Shown: piece after piece, positions 49,756 through 62,588 of the stretch | Layout: every line of letters begins with the position of its first letter | Numbering within the stretch: the stretch's first letter is position 1 | Source of the DNA: Amphiscolops sp. MND2022 | Taxonomy: Eukaryota | Direction: 5' to 3' | Assembly: GCA_964187785.1 (NCBI GenBank) | Contig: OZ076420.1 | Span: 20,274,001 to 20,338,000, forward strand | Length of the DNA: 64,000 bases | Notes under the pieces: model-generated | Database searches by the model: none | What the model saw: the letters and a program-made list of their open reading frames with translations, nothing else | Told to the model about the DNA's origin: nothing | Translations under genes and position numbers: made by a program

Positions 49756-51084
49756 TTAACCCTAACTGGACCAGGCGATTTCCCGATCCATCCAAAAATC
49801 TGGTGTTTAAACTTTAAACCACAATATCTCCTAAACTATTCAAGTCCGACAAACGATTTATAGCGCGTTCGAAAGAAGGCAATCGGGGCTTTCAATTTTT
49901 GAATCCCTCTCGTCTGAATGAATTGCAATAGTCATCACGCAAATGATGCTGATTCATTTTACGTTTTTCCATAAGATCAATGGCTTCCTTGAAAAGACCT
50001 TGAGGTCCGTCTATACTTTATTGCTGTTCGTTTGAGCTATTACAAACAATTACTTGCCAAAAACTCTGACAATACACAAAAACTCCTCGAAAAACTAATT
50101 CGCTATGATTTCATGAGTAAAACATCCTTTGGTTTCATAACAAATCACTTCTTAGTAGTCTTAATGACTATATGCTTCACGCAACTCGTTTTTTACACCT
50201 GAATGTTTCTCCAATGCTTTGTATGGAACTTTTCGGCTACCCATGCTACAAAATACCCCAATTTGGTGTATATTTTTCCACTGCTCGTTTCTTACATTTC
50301 TTTTTCAACACCCTCGTTAGTATTTACAAATCTTTCAATTCAAAACGAGTTCTCAAAAAACGTGTTATATTCCTCTCCGCTTTTGAACCTGAATTCTTTG
50401 GTAATATCCAACACTGTTGATTCTGACTCTAACGATGACTCAGAATCTCCAACCGATCCCGGACCTACACTGAACATTACCGCAAACACATTTATTACAA
50501 AATTGTTCCAATTGAAAGATAAATCAAACGTGCAACGATAACTACCTTCAACGAATAACGAAATTCCCCAATGGTACCTGTCATTAGCTTTATATGCTTT
50601 TCCTTACAACCCACTGAAACCATACCTGCACTTTCAAATTAAATTCACTCTTACACATATCTCTCGAATTAACGCCCTACTCTTCCGCCGCTGAAAACAC
50701 CCAAACGTTCGGTTTTTTAGATGGATCCTGACCTCTTATTGACATCCTTAGCGTTTCTCCGAATAAACTCCTATTCACATTGTTCCGAAATTATCCTAAT
50801 TATAACCTCTCACACCGCCTCTCATTGAACACAATGACATTTTACTAACTGATGTCAACGTCAAATTCAATCACTACCTGACTGTCCCCAAAATATTTAT
50901 TCATTCTGTAGTTTTCTACCTGAACATTTCTACCCACTCTCTCTGAAAAGAAAGAAAAGTTAAATTTTTCCAGATGTTCTGAATAGTTTGATTTATAATA
51001 AACACAAGGCAAAACATGAACATCCGAAACGGACGAGGAATGAGCGTAATCGCTCTTCAAGTCCTCGCCCTCAAGAACCAATTT

Positions 51085-53760
51085 TTAACACTTTTATTCA
51101 TTATTTAAATTTTTGAAGTACGAATACACAATTCTCTTTTAGAACAGAATAGAATGTAATTCCTTGTTATCTATGATAAACAAATAACCTAATTTAGTAA
51201 GGTAGGCCCGCATTTTGTGTGAACTCAATTTGTTTATGTCATTAGGTATCAAGTCCATCCACTTCAACCAATTGTACGTTTTGCGTAAAGTATTTTCGAG
51301 TGATTTCCGTTTCGTGACAGTTCTGCTATAAGTAGTGCTAAAGAGCCCATTTGCCCGCCAACGTGTTGTCATAATTGCATCTGTAACATTTGGTATTTCT
51401 AGATACTGAACTGGTGACTCATTACGTAGTTGTTTAAAAAGTTCTTTAACTATGTCAAGAGTATAAAGTTCGTAGACAGTGAAAGATTTGTTATCTAACA
51501 CTATATCTCTCAAGGAGTCAAATTTCTTTTTGAGAAATATTGCTCTCAAAATGCGTCTCTGAGCGTTCTCAATTTTCTTCAAATTGGTTTTAGCAGCTGA
51601 TCCATACACAATTAGTCCATAGCAAATAATTGATTTGGCAAAAGAATTATAAAACATTAGTAGACATTTACGTGGATACATATGCCTTACTCTGTATATT
51701 AAACCACAGAATTTGTTAAGTTTTTTTGTGGCATAATCGATATGTTCTCTAAATTTGAGGCTGCCGTCTAAATGTAATCCTAAGTATTTACATGCCTTTT
51801 GATAAGGTAACTCATTTCTCAAAATAGTAACTTTGTCTGGTTTGCCGCATCCAAAGGAGATTGCTTCACATTTATCTACGTTAACTGTTAGTTTATTTGA
51901 AACGAACCAATTTGTCATGTTTTTCAAGTCTTGTGTGATGAGAGTACTTGTTTTATCACCAGCGTTTCAGACTGTTGTATCATCAGCAAACATGGCAATT
52001 CTACTATCTTTAATGACTTGGTGTAGATCGTTGATATATAAAAGGAAGAGAAGAGGACCTAAAACGGAACCCTGAGGTACACCTGTACAAATTCTTCGCT
52101 TAGATGATATAGAACAATCAGATGCCACAAACTGCCAACGATTATCGAGATAGTTTTTCACAATGTGATAGATAGGTCCTCTGAAACCGTACTTTTCAAT
52201 TTTATTCAACAAAATATTATGATCCAGCGTGTCGAAAGCTTTCTGTAAGTCAATGAAACAAATTTGTCCAATACTTTTTCTATCAATTTCAGTTCTAATA
52301 TACTCCGTTACAGTACTAATTGCATCGACACAAGACCTTTTTGATCTAAAACCGTATTGAGTTGATGTCAAAATCTTTTCCTTTTCACAGAATTTGACCA
52401 TCCGTTTATGCAATAGCTTCTCGAACAATTTCCCGAGAGAACTAAGAAGGCTGATTGGTCTATAAATGGCTGGGTCCGAATCATCACCTTTTTTATGTAA
52501 CGGTATGACTTTCGCCACTTCGAAACACGTAGGATAGGTTTTCTCCAAGATGCATTTATTAAAGGCTATTGCTATATATTCATCCACAATGGGAGAACAG
52601 CACTTCAATATCTCGTTACTGATACCATCCTCACCACAACTTTTCTTATTTTTCATCGTTTCAATTATTGATGTAACTTCAGACGCATTTGTATATGGTC
52701 TTAGCTGTAGGATTATTTCCCAATTTGCGAAAATTTTCTTCTCGTTTTGATTCTCTGGTGATTTGGGTAACGTAATTACGGAATTGCCGGTATCTCTCCC
52801 TGTTCTCAGTACTCGAATTATCTAGCCATATCTGATACAATCGATCTCTTTTCTTTATCGCATTCTTGATTTTGTTTGTAATCCATTGGTTTTCATTTTT
52901 AATAGATGGAACATTTTTCACAGGAGCAAATTTGTCGACGCAATATGTGATTGTTTCTATCATCTGCGAGACAAATTCATCTACCGGAAGTGTTTGAGGT
53001 ATCGATTTAAGTTTTTGATCGAGAAGGAACAGAAAATTCAAAGACCTGTCACCTTTCAGATTATTTAAGCTACGGGTAATATCAGATTTTTCACATATCT
53101 TAGAATCATTTACTGGCACAGGTATTTTTGCCAATACTGTATAATGATCGCTAATAGTCGTAGTAAGGGTTTGGGTTACTATTTCGTTCTGCGTTATGAA
53201 ATGGTCAATACAACTTTTCGACTTCGTTGTCACGCGAGTTGGTTCAAAATTACGAAGTTCGAACGCATATGCTGCTAATAGTGTTTCATAATTTTTTCTA
53301 TCTGTGTCATCTTTCAGTGTATCGATGTTAAAGTCGCCAAAAATTACCGTTTCATTGCTTCGTGAATTCAAAAAATGTATAAGTTTTTCTAAAACTGATT
53401 TAGCCGCAATGTTTCGGGCATGTATATAACACAGATTGTTGTAGAATAGGTATCTGTAAACTGTACTTCAATTATATTACACTCAATGTCAGAGGTAAAC
53501 TCAATTGGCTTGTATTTAATGGGATTTTTCACATAAAAGGCCACCCCACCAGACTTTCTCTTGAAGTTTTTACGAGGTACAGATTCAATTGGTTGGTAGT
53601 CTGTGAGAGTATATTCTTCAGCACTGTCTTCCTCTGCAATCCAGGTTTCAGTTAGTGCTAAAATATCTGGCTTGTGATCTATTGTTTCAAGTAATACTGT
53701 TAGTTCATCTTTGTGATATCTAAGGCACTGTATATTCAGTCCAAGTATATTCATTCCAAG
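51085..53760 (-). mobile_element. CR1/L2-clade LINE, 5'-truncated ORF2 (AP endonuclease plus RT) with frameshifts and an internal deletion
   Basis: APE motifs LNIQCL, LALTETW, IFGDFNID, EPTRVT...CIDH and ISDHY. RT motifs YRPISLLS, QYGFR, DLQKAFDT, GVPQGSVLGPLLFLLYINDL and FADDT. Short 3' UTR with AATAAA. Split over four track ORFs. Confidence 0.92.
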
Positions 53761-56700
53761 TATGAAACTCTCTGAAAGTTTCCATCACTCTATCTTCTTG
53801 TTGAAATACTCTAATACTCTACAGTATTGTTCTACCACCTCTATTTCTTCGCCTACTTTGAACAAAAACAAGCATCTCAATCGGAAAATTTTCTGATTTC
53901 GGAGATGAAGTGATCTCTAACATTGCCTTTCCTTCCCCAACTGCCTCTCTCAAACCGATGTGCTCGAACTAACTTTGCGTACTTGAAAAACCCGTCAAAA
54001 GCATACGTTAACCAAATATACTATTAATTTACTTCCTTTCTGATAGTACTCACACTCAAACGTCCACAATGACTCCTCTCTTTCAATTATCACTACAATT
54101 TTTTTCAAGGCATGCATCCACATGTACATCACTCTTAATTCCTCGGAATCAACAGGAGAAGATGTAAATCCCCAAAAGAACCAATTGGCATGTTAAACGA
54201 CCCGGTTTTCATTGAATCCGTAATAATGCCACCAGGTAAAATTTTTTCTCAAATGAAATCTATTTCTGATGACTTCCTCGAAGTTAAGCCAATGTCAAGC
54301 TAACGTTCTTCTTTTTTACACCAGAAATCTAACCGCTTCAGCATTTTTAGAGGTAGAAACTTCAACCATTATGTTGCGTATGCTTCAAATTAATTTTTTG
54401 TTTCTTGTTTTGCAGACCAAAAACTTAAAATATTTGAAACATAATTCACCTTTTAAAACACATCCAGTTTAAGTACAACACCAAACCTACAGAGCATTTC
54501 TCGAAAAAAAACCTACTCAAGACATTATCTTTCGAGACTATAATATGAATTCTCCCCACCATACTTGTACTATGCACATACCTAGATTGACATTATCTCC
54601 ACCGTCGTTACTATTAAAAATTACGACTCAGTGAAACAAAAACATTACAAAAACTTCCCTGTCACTACTAATGTAGAAAATTGAATCCTCAAAATATTGC
54701 CTAACATGTTCATCATTCCTCTCAATTACAAACCCATCTTAAAGTTGAACCACTCCCTATACAAACTCTGCTTTTGTTCTCCAAACAACTAATTGTAATG
54801 TCTGAAGAAACTCCTTCACCTGCCCCTATGACATTTTTACTCAAAACCTTCCCAATCTCCTTCGTCTTCATGATGAAACAGCTGCTTCTAACATCGACCC
54901 CTTCTTTATTCGCACATATATATTCGAAACTCACCAAACTCTTTAAAACATTATACAAGCTCACAACGCTGATTTTAATTCACTCTACTTCAAACTGCTT
55001 CTTTCGTCAAATTACCATAACATTTTGAATACGCCTCTTTAAATGTCTTCATCGTCTTCAAAATTCTTCTAATTCAATGATACATTAACAAACACTCCGA
55101 AAACGTCTGGTTCTTCAACGAACTCATTGATTTATTACAAATCATCTCATTCGTCTTCTATCTAACTTTCCGTTACGAAGATTGAAAAACAATAATTTTC
55201 TATTTTACTTTCTTTCAGAATACCGGTCTTTCTCCTTTTAGTTACTTGACATTCATTATCTTTATTAACTCAGTGACAAAACTACTTTTATTTCATGCTA
55301 ATTTCAACAGTTTCTCCTTTCTTGAATTCACAATACCACCCTCTCTAAAGAAACGATTTCCTTTACGTTACCATTTATGTCGAAACTCAGAATAAACTTG
55401 ATTTAAACTTCCAACTTTCTCAAAGGTCAATTGAAACTATTCAACTTCTAAAGCTAAGTTTTTGCTTTCATCTCTGGAAGATGTTGGTTGCCGATTTAAA
55501 AACTGACTCAACCCATAATGCACTCTTTTATTGTACTTCATAGAAAAATGAAGTTAAAAATATCCTGAAACTTCTAACACTGAAATAAAAAATTTATCCT
55601 CTTAAAGTAACTCAACTCCTCAAATTGATTCCACCATTAAAAAACCTATATTCAACTCACATCTGTCATAATGAAATTTCAACACATCCCACGTTATATA
55701 TTGCCAACGCACACTGGTTTCTCAAAACCCGGTCTGATGGTATGACGTACGACACCTCATCTCATCTGCACTCATTCGCTGTAAAATTAGTCTAGAGGTA
55801 TACTTCTTGTCTACCATACTATTGATGACAATAAAATCTTACCTAATGTGATTAAAATCTATCAGACGGACAAACGTTTCTTCACCATCCAGTTGTTTTT
55901 AAGACCCGTTAACTCCAGCGCCGTTAGCGTCTCTTATTTTCTAAAGTACTTCATCTTCCTCCATCTATATTAGAAATGAACAAACCTAACAAGAAAAGTA
56001 CTTTGATACTCAATTCAACCTTTCCGCTAATTGCTGGACATTTGGTGAAAAAACAACATTTATTCAACGCATTTTGTTGTTATCCCTTCAGGTAGCCTCA
56101 AAAGACGAAACCTGGAAAAGGGTTCGGAAGGAATCTGTCTAGTTTTTTTTCCATTTTCATCCAAAGAACACCTTTTATTCATGTATATGATTAAATTTGT
56201 CAGAGAATTCGTGATTCAACAACCTAAGTCGGAGCCCAAAAAGCAAATACTGGACTTGTACAAATTCAATATCTATCTCCCAGAGCTAAGCAAGGACCAA
56301 TTTGTTGAGCTGAGCCAAGTTTCCTGCTCCTCCCTCTCTCCAGGCTCAACTTGCATGTAGCTCTAAATTTTGAGTGTGTCTCAAAGTTTGTTCCACTTCC
56401 GATTAAATTGGTGTTTTTCATCGCTTGTGTTCCTTTGTGGTCTCATCATCATTTTTTGTCGGACTTGCCAAATACTTTGTAGGAGTTTGGTCTCGAATAT
56501 TCATGATCTGGCCTCCATGTTTACAAAAAATCTAAGGCGTAGCCAACTTCTCTTTTATTAGTTGTTATGTTTCGACTAAACATTCTTTGCCGCCGATGAC
56601 AATTAGTTCAACAACTTTTCCGACGTCCACTTTTTTTGAGAATTCGAGTCTCCCAAAATCTTTCAAACGTAGACACGACCGCTCAATAATCTTGACCTAC

Positions 56701-57481
56701 ATGGTCGATATGTTTTCAACGCCAGGGAAATCTTCTACGTCAGTACGAGTGCGAGGCGTCGTTACCACTCTCGTTTAATTGGAATGAATAAGTTATCACG
56801 CAACTAGCGCTTATTTACACGTTTTATTGTACGTTTCGCTATTTTTTTCAGGTCCTTAAAAGTATTTGTACTCACATAATGTTGCTACATTTCAAATTAG
56901 GTTCCTAAAGTCAAATGTCACTCAAATATACATCAATGCGGTTTGTTTTTGAACTATTAAAAGCCGTAGTAAAATGTCAGGCTTGTGCACCTGGTCCCGC
57001 ATACCTTGAACAAACAAAACGCTTTGCGTGCGGAACTAAATAGGGTATCTTCCATGTAATTTACTCAAGGTTATTAATCGAACATCTTGAACAGATTTCA
57101 TGCCCTCTGCCAAGTCTTCCTCGCGTTGGGTCTAAAATCTGAAAGCTATAAGCTGATACAAGACCAAAAATCACATTCAAAAAATTTTTCACTTTTTCGA
57201 ATGTTCCGGAACTACCGTTTTTTTTGAAATCGTGTAGAACAAAATTGCGCAAGCAATTGACTTTTTTGAAAACGGAAAATCAGCATTTTTGAGAAACTTT
57301 CGCTCAAACAACTCAGGTGGCTGCGTAATTCCAATAATCTACACTTTTCGAGAAAAAAATGAAGACTGTCCAATTATTCAATTCTGTCGAAAAAGTAGAC
57401 GATTCTTCATATTACAAACATATAAATGACAGTTGAAACCCCTGAGTTAACAATTTGCTATCAAATGGTAAAGGTAGTAAT

Positions 57482-57728
57482 TCATTTCAACATAGTGGAA
57501 GTTAGAATTCGTTTCAAGACATTGGGCATCTCGTTGGTATCCATACACACAAACGCTGTTTGTGCTGGCAGTTGTGACGTCAGCCGATTAGCCTGGTCGC
57601 CCAAAGAGCCAATAAAAATGACGAAGCAGTTGACGATGTTGGCATTCGTTGACGTCATCGCTTTCTTGAGATGCTCGGCTCGGATCCCGTACCGACTCAA
57701 GTTTGCATCGGAGAAGAGAATAAGGAAT
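57482..57728 (-). CDS. VWA8: VWA8 terminal exon (FSDANLSRYGI...FIGSLGDQANRL...ILTSTMLK*)
   Basis: Recognised similarity to the C-terminus of von Willebrand factor A domain-containing protein 8. Acceptor GTTTAG|, phase 2, in frame. Confidence 0.92.
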
Positions 57729-58473
57729 CTAAACATTGAATGCCTGTCACAAATTTATTAACTTGCAAGTCTAAAAAATTCCAGTAAAATTCAACGAGCA
57801 ACAACTGCATGTGCGGCAAAGGATTCGGAAACGTACTTCATTGTCATTTGGTCATTTTTGGACTAATTTTGGCTATGTTTCTGAGATCCCAATCATACAA
57901 TTTTGATGCCATTGCGCACACAGGGGCACCTTTGGGTGTAGAATGACTGTGCTAACTTTCATAAAATTCGTATGGACAGTTTGAGAAATTGGAAATTTTC
58001 ATCGAAAGGTCGGGAGAAAAAAAAAGGTACGAGTCAATAAATCGTCGAGATTTTTTTCCGATTTTTAAAAGTTTTCCGGAGTTCCAAGAAAATCCAAATT
58101 GCAAGAATATAGAAAATGAAAACCATTGCTAGTAATTTTTGGTAGGGAAATCAAGTAGTCATATGGTTGAACTGATTGGGGGAAACATTTAAAAATATGT
58201 ACCCTGTTACGCATGCATCGATTGACATGACCCATTTTACTAAGACTTAATATAGAATGAACCGCCCCTTAGTGTTAGAAAACAATAAATTACTGAGATT
58301 AATTTCAAGCACAGCTGTTTTTTCTATAAACCGCCGCAAAAATGAAACTTTCAATCGAAAGGGACTTTCATTTGAATTTAACGTGTACCATAGAGGCCAT
58401 TGCAGAAATTTGAATACAAAACTGCTGAATAAAAACTTCAATCAAGGAAAAACGATATTGACAGATAGACTTT

Positions 58474-58874
58474 TTGGATGCGGGACAAAACAGCCAATTT
58501 TCAAAACGGAACAAAATGAATGGTTACAGCCAATATGCATGGAACTTGATTTATTTGAAGAGGTTCATATTTGTTGTATGGCTCGGTCGCTTCGCTCCCT
58601 TCGCCAAGTAGCAACATTGAGGCATGGCCATATGGCACGTCGCTCCGCTTCGCTTCGCTCCTGCATTTAGGGCACTAACTAGGGGTATGTGAACATAGCT
58701 GACTACGTTATAATAATAATTCTATTGACTGTTAATCTTACGCATTGACAAAATCGGCGATTTTTATTTTTACCAATCGGCGATTTTGTACTGTTTTGAA
58801 ATCGGCTGTTTTGTCCTATTTTGAAAATCGTCTGTTTTGTCCCGTTTAAAATCGGCTGTTTTGTCCCGCTCCCA
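58474..58874. mobile_element. MITE with TIR GCGGGACAAAACAGCC and subterminal AATCGGC/TTTTGTCC repeats; carries the same GAGCGAAGCG core as 48570-48958, inverted
   Basis: TIRs at ~58480-58500 and 58848-58869. Core 58522-58718 is the reverse complement of 48661-48849. Confidence 0.65.
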
Positions 58875-58926
58875 GAATTTTTTAAGGATAGATTAGCCTT
58901 AATTTAATGATTTAATAGTTATTTTT

Positions 58927-59327
58927 AGTCGGCGCTTCATGAAGTGAAACGCGACTATTATAGTGACTTTTTTTCAATCCACACGAACTGAACAAAATAG
59001 TTCTACAAAAGTTCTACGAAATATTATGGTGTCAAATTGAACCATTTGGCCTAGCGAACTGAACCAAAAAAATTTTCCTTTTTTCGCGTAACATGCAATA
59101 CCGGGCGAGACTAAAGGGCCCCCTTTGTTTTTTTGGCATTGTGAGACTTATTTTCGAAAATTCTCCCCCTTCACTTTTTTGATGTTTTGCGGAGGGGGCC
59201 CGCTAGCGGCCATTCGATCCAACTTTGGGTTTTTCAGGCACTGTAAAAGAATACTTGACACTTTGATTTCCTTTTGCTATTTTTGAGCCTTAGATGTGGC
59301 ACCGACTTATGCCGTTCCCGGCTTGTT
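58927..59327 (+). mobile_element. Helentron/HINE-like element, copy G (VWA8 intron)
   Basis: TTTTT-AGTCGGCGCTTCATGAAGTGAAACGCGACT ... GCACCGACTTAT-GCCG-TTCC-CGGC-TTGTT. Same 5' variant as copy D. Confidence 0.75.
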
Positions 59328-59510
59328 GAAATATATAATTTAATTATGAATACAACTTAGGCGTGACTGAAATCCATTTTACCGGGATGTGTCTCGTAAT
59401 GAAGACGCTTGCTAAACATATGAATATTTTCCCCTGAATTTTCTTTTAACTTACGTTCAAAAACTGCAGAAAAAGCTTTTGGCATTTTTCTCCACGAAAC
59501 TAATTTTTGT

Positions 59511-59882
59511 CGTTGAATTCTGAGGACAGAGCTCAACCTTTAGATTATAAAACCAGAATTGGCAAAAAAAATAGTTGCAAAAACCGCTGCGGACAGGCTA
59601 ATTTTCCGCCATTGCATATATATCGGAGGGGAAAAAGATTTAAACGAATAAGATCTCCATTTCATTACTTTCCCCACAAATATATGTTGAGGTGGGTATT
59701 AGATCTCAAGGTATTAGAGGTAAAAAAAAGGGAATAAGATCTAAAATTAAAAAAAATCTTTTCCCCCTTCGATATATATGGAATGGCGGAAATAAGTCTG
59801 TCCGCAGCGGTTTTTTCAACTATTTTTTGCCCAGTTCTGGTTTTATACTCTAAAGGTAGAGCTCTCTCCTCAGAATTCAACG
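59511..59882. mobile_element. Foldback/MITE with ~130-bp inverted arms (VWA8 intron)
   Basis: CGTTGAATTCTGAGG...CCTCAGAATTCAACG. The arms pair through AAAACCAGAA, AAAACCGCTGCGGACAG, CCGCCATT and ATATATCG. Confidence 0.8.
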
Positions 59883-59996
59883 TTTATACGTTTATCGGCA
59901 TATACGTTTATGGAAACTTTTCGAGACAAATGCCAAAAGCTTTGAATGTGGGGAAAGTAATAAAGTAATAAAGTGATCATGATGGATGACACATAC

Positions 59997-60252
59997 CGTT
60001 CGTCTGCGTCGATGGCGCTGAGGTCGCTCACTGCCCGCTGGAGGGCGCTCACAGTGGAGTCGCCCGAGAGACAGAACTGTGCGTGTGCGTGCATGAGTTG
60101 GAGCACCTGCAGCCTCTGCTTCTCGTTCTGGGGCATCTTGTCCCCCCTCTCCACCAGGGGCACACACTCGTCCTCGCCCGAGTGCCCGTACACGTCCAGG
60201 TTGAACTTGCTCTGGAATCCCTTCAGTGCTTCCATCACCATGCACACCGTTT
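59997..60252 (-). CDS. VWA8: VWA8 exon (ETVCMVMEAL...YGHSGE...MHAHAQFCLSGD...DADER)
   Basis: Acceptor GCTAG| (phase 1) and donor CG|GTATGT (phase 2). 256 nt, phase-consistent with the neighbouring exons. Confidence 0.92.
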
Positions 60253-61209
60253 CTAGCAACGAACAAAACAACAACCAACGTCTCCAGATATTAAGATCAC
60301 AGTCTCCTAAATACGCTATTGGGTAGACTATTGGAATAAAAATCGATCGAGTAAGTCAATTGGGACCCCTAACCTCCGACTGATACAAATTAGCTAACGG
60401 TTACTACAGCACATCTTTCATTTTAAAAATTTTTGAAAACAATGAGATTCATTTTTATGAATGACATTATCAGGCTTCAATTAAGCGGGCATCTGCCATT
60501 GGAATATTCTACTATTTGATACTATTTGTACACTACAATTTGTATTCACCCTATCATTTATATGCCTTATCATTAACAAGTAGATAAATTCTAAATTTTA
60601 AAATTTAATATAATTAGGGTTTTTTGAAAACAACATTTTGAAAATCTCGCAGTGCCAGAACGTTTCCAAAGAAGGCCATTTGGTATCATGCAGCTTTTTA
60701 TTTCCAGCTAAAATGTAAAATAGGAAGACAATTGGGATCCTTTAAATCTTATGCGAACAAAGTCTGTGAGGGTAAACCTTTCAGATACATTTTATGGTCA
60801 GACGACTAATCACTGTAATAGTCGGGCACGTTTTACAGCAAGCTATGTCGGCAAAATTATATAAGGCTCGCAAATTAACACAAGTCGTGCATCAGACAGG
60901 AAAAACGAATATATATTAAATGCAAACTTCAAGTTTCAGAAGCAGTTGCTTCACTTAATACTTTTTTGAAGGCAACAACATGGGTGATCCCAGACAAGAC
61001 TAATTTTGGCAGAAAAAAAAATTTTAGAAACCCCAAAGATTGAAGACAGATTGCACACAAAATACAAAAATACACAGAAAAACCCTAAAGATTACAAGTC
61101 TTGAGTCAAAAACTTCGACTTCGCAGTCTATACATTATATTTTTTCCCAAAAAAAAATTAGAAATAGCATCGAAATTGCGGTTGATGCAATAAGATGCAG
61201 TAGACGCAC

Positions 61210-61463
61210 CGAGTTCGCGTTGCAGTCTCAAATCATGGCCATTGAATCGATACATGCTTCCACTGATGTCCACGAGGAGTCTGAGGTACTTGGGTTTCTT
61301 CTGCTGCGCCCCTGGAACGGAGTCTCGCTTGCCTCTCTTCTTGTAGATGTTCTTCTCTCCCAGAATGGAGTCCACCAGCTTGGTGTCATCGAACTCGCCC
61401 ATGGTTTGGTGTCGGATCCACTCCCGTTCCTTCTCCTTGGCCTCCAAACTCTCGATGACTACC
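61210..61463 (-). CDS. VWA8: VWA8 exon with the VWA MIDAS motif (LLVDISGSMYRFN)
   Basis: EREWIRHQTMGEFDDTKL...IYKKRG...KPKYLRLLVDISGSMYRFNG matches VWA8. Acceptor GCTAG| (phase 2) and donor G|GTGCGT (phase 1). Confidence 0.93.
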
Positions 61464-62130
61464 CTAGCAAAAACAATGGTGGTTACGGCAATTGTGTAAT
61501 TAAAGGAGGAGGCGGAGGTTCAAAAACAAGCGCTCTCATTTGTCACAGCACGCTATATCCGAACTTTTGACGTTATATCCGAAGTAAATTGTTTTCTTAC
61601 TACGGAGGAAGCTAAGGTTCGAAAATATTGCGCTGTTTCCAAATTTTGACGCTACATCAGAAGTAAATTGCATTTTACCAAGGAAGAGGTAAAATTTCGA
61701 TTGAGCGTCTATTGTTAGTCAATTGAAGGCGGAAAATATCCCGGTGCATAGCGGTTGTGTGTCTTGATATCAGTTGCACGTTGTAGGCAATCAAAATGTG
61801 TAGAGATGATGCAAGGTGTAAACTAGTCAACTACTGTAATTTCCGATGGTGTAAACTGGTCACTGTACGAAATTGTGTCAACTGGTTTAAAGAATTATCA
61901 CTGCGTGTAATGTGTGATAAGTGTAAATCTTCCAAAAAATATTCGTGCTCTCAATGGACAAAAAATCGAACTAGCAGGATCATGCTAGCTTGTTACAGGG
62001 ATGTGTATTGTAATGAAAAATGAGAAGCAGTTTTAGGTCGAAGATTTCTGCATGCACGAAACTGGAGTTTTCTCAGACTCGCCTGGTAAATCCAGTTGCC
62101 AGCTCAGAAAATAACATTGATATAGGAGGA

Positions 62131-62585
62131 AACAAGACGGAAACGTCCCAAGTCGGCGCCATATCTAAGGCTCGAAAATATTCAAGGAACAACTATTGGA
62201 AACATTTGGAAATAATTTTTTTTTCAAAAAAAGTATTTGGTTAAAAAAGTCGCACAATGCCGAAAAAGCCAAAAAGAGGTCATTTAGGCTCATTAAACGT
62301 TTTTTACAAACCTAAAACCGCAAAAAATGCAAGTGGTACCCTTTGATAAAATTCGCAAAATTTTCGAAAAAAAAGTCGAAAAAACTTTTGCCGAAAAAAA
62401 ACCCAAAGGGGGACCCTTTGGTCTCACTTGTACTTTTGAAAGCATAAACATATTCATGGTTTAGTGCGAGAATCGAACCCACGCTCTCCGGCTTCAGAAA
62501 ATTGGTCGAAGTGTGAGATCATCAACTGAAAAAAACTACTCACTGTAATAGTCGGGCTTTTTCCTTAAGGGAAAAGGCGCCGACT
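62131..62585 (-). mobile_element. Helentron/HINE-like element, copy H
   Basis: AACAAGACGGAAACGTCCCAAGTCGGCGCC ... GGCGCCGACT. Hairpin GACG-TTTC-CGTC. Confidence 0.75.
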
Positions 62586-62588
62586 AAC

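Noticed and set aside
48661-58718. Inverted ~190-bp repeats as TIRs of one 10-kb transposon (e.g. Maverick/Polinton)
   Set aside because: Each copy sits inside its own small TIR-bounded element, and the interval contains only a LINE, decayed retroelement DNA and the VWA8 last exon.
61040-61570. 176-aa plus-strand ORF (also 59973..60326)
   Set aside because: Antisense shadows of VWA8 exons.
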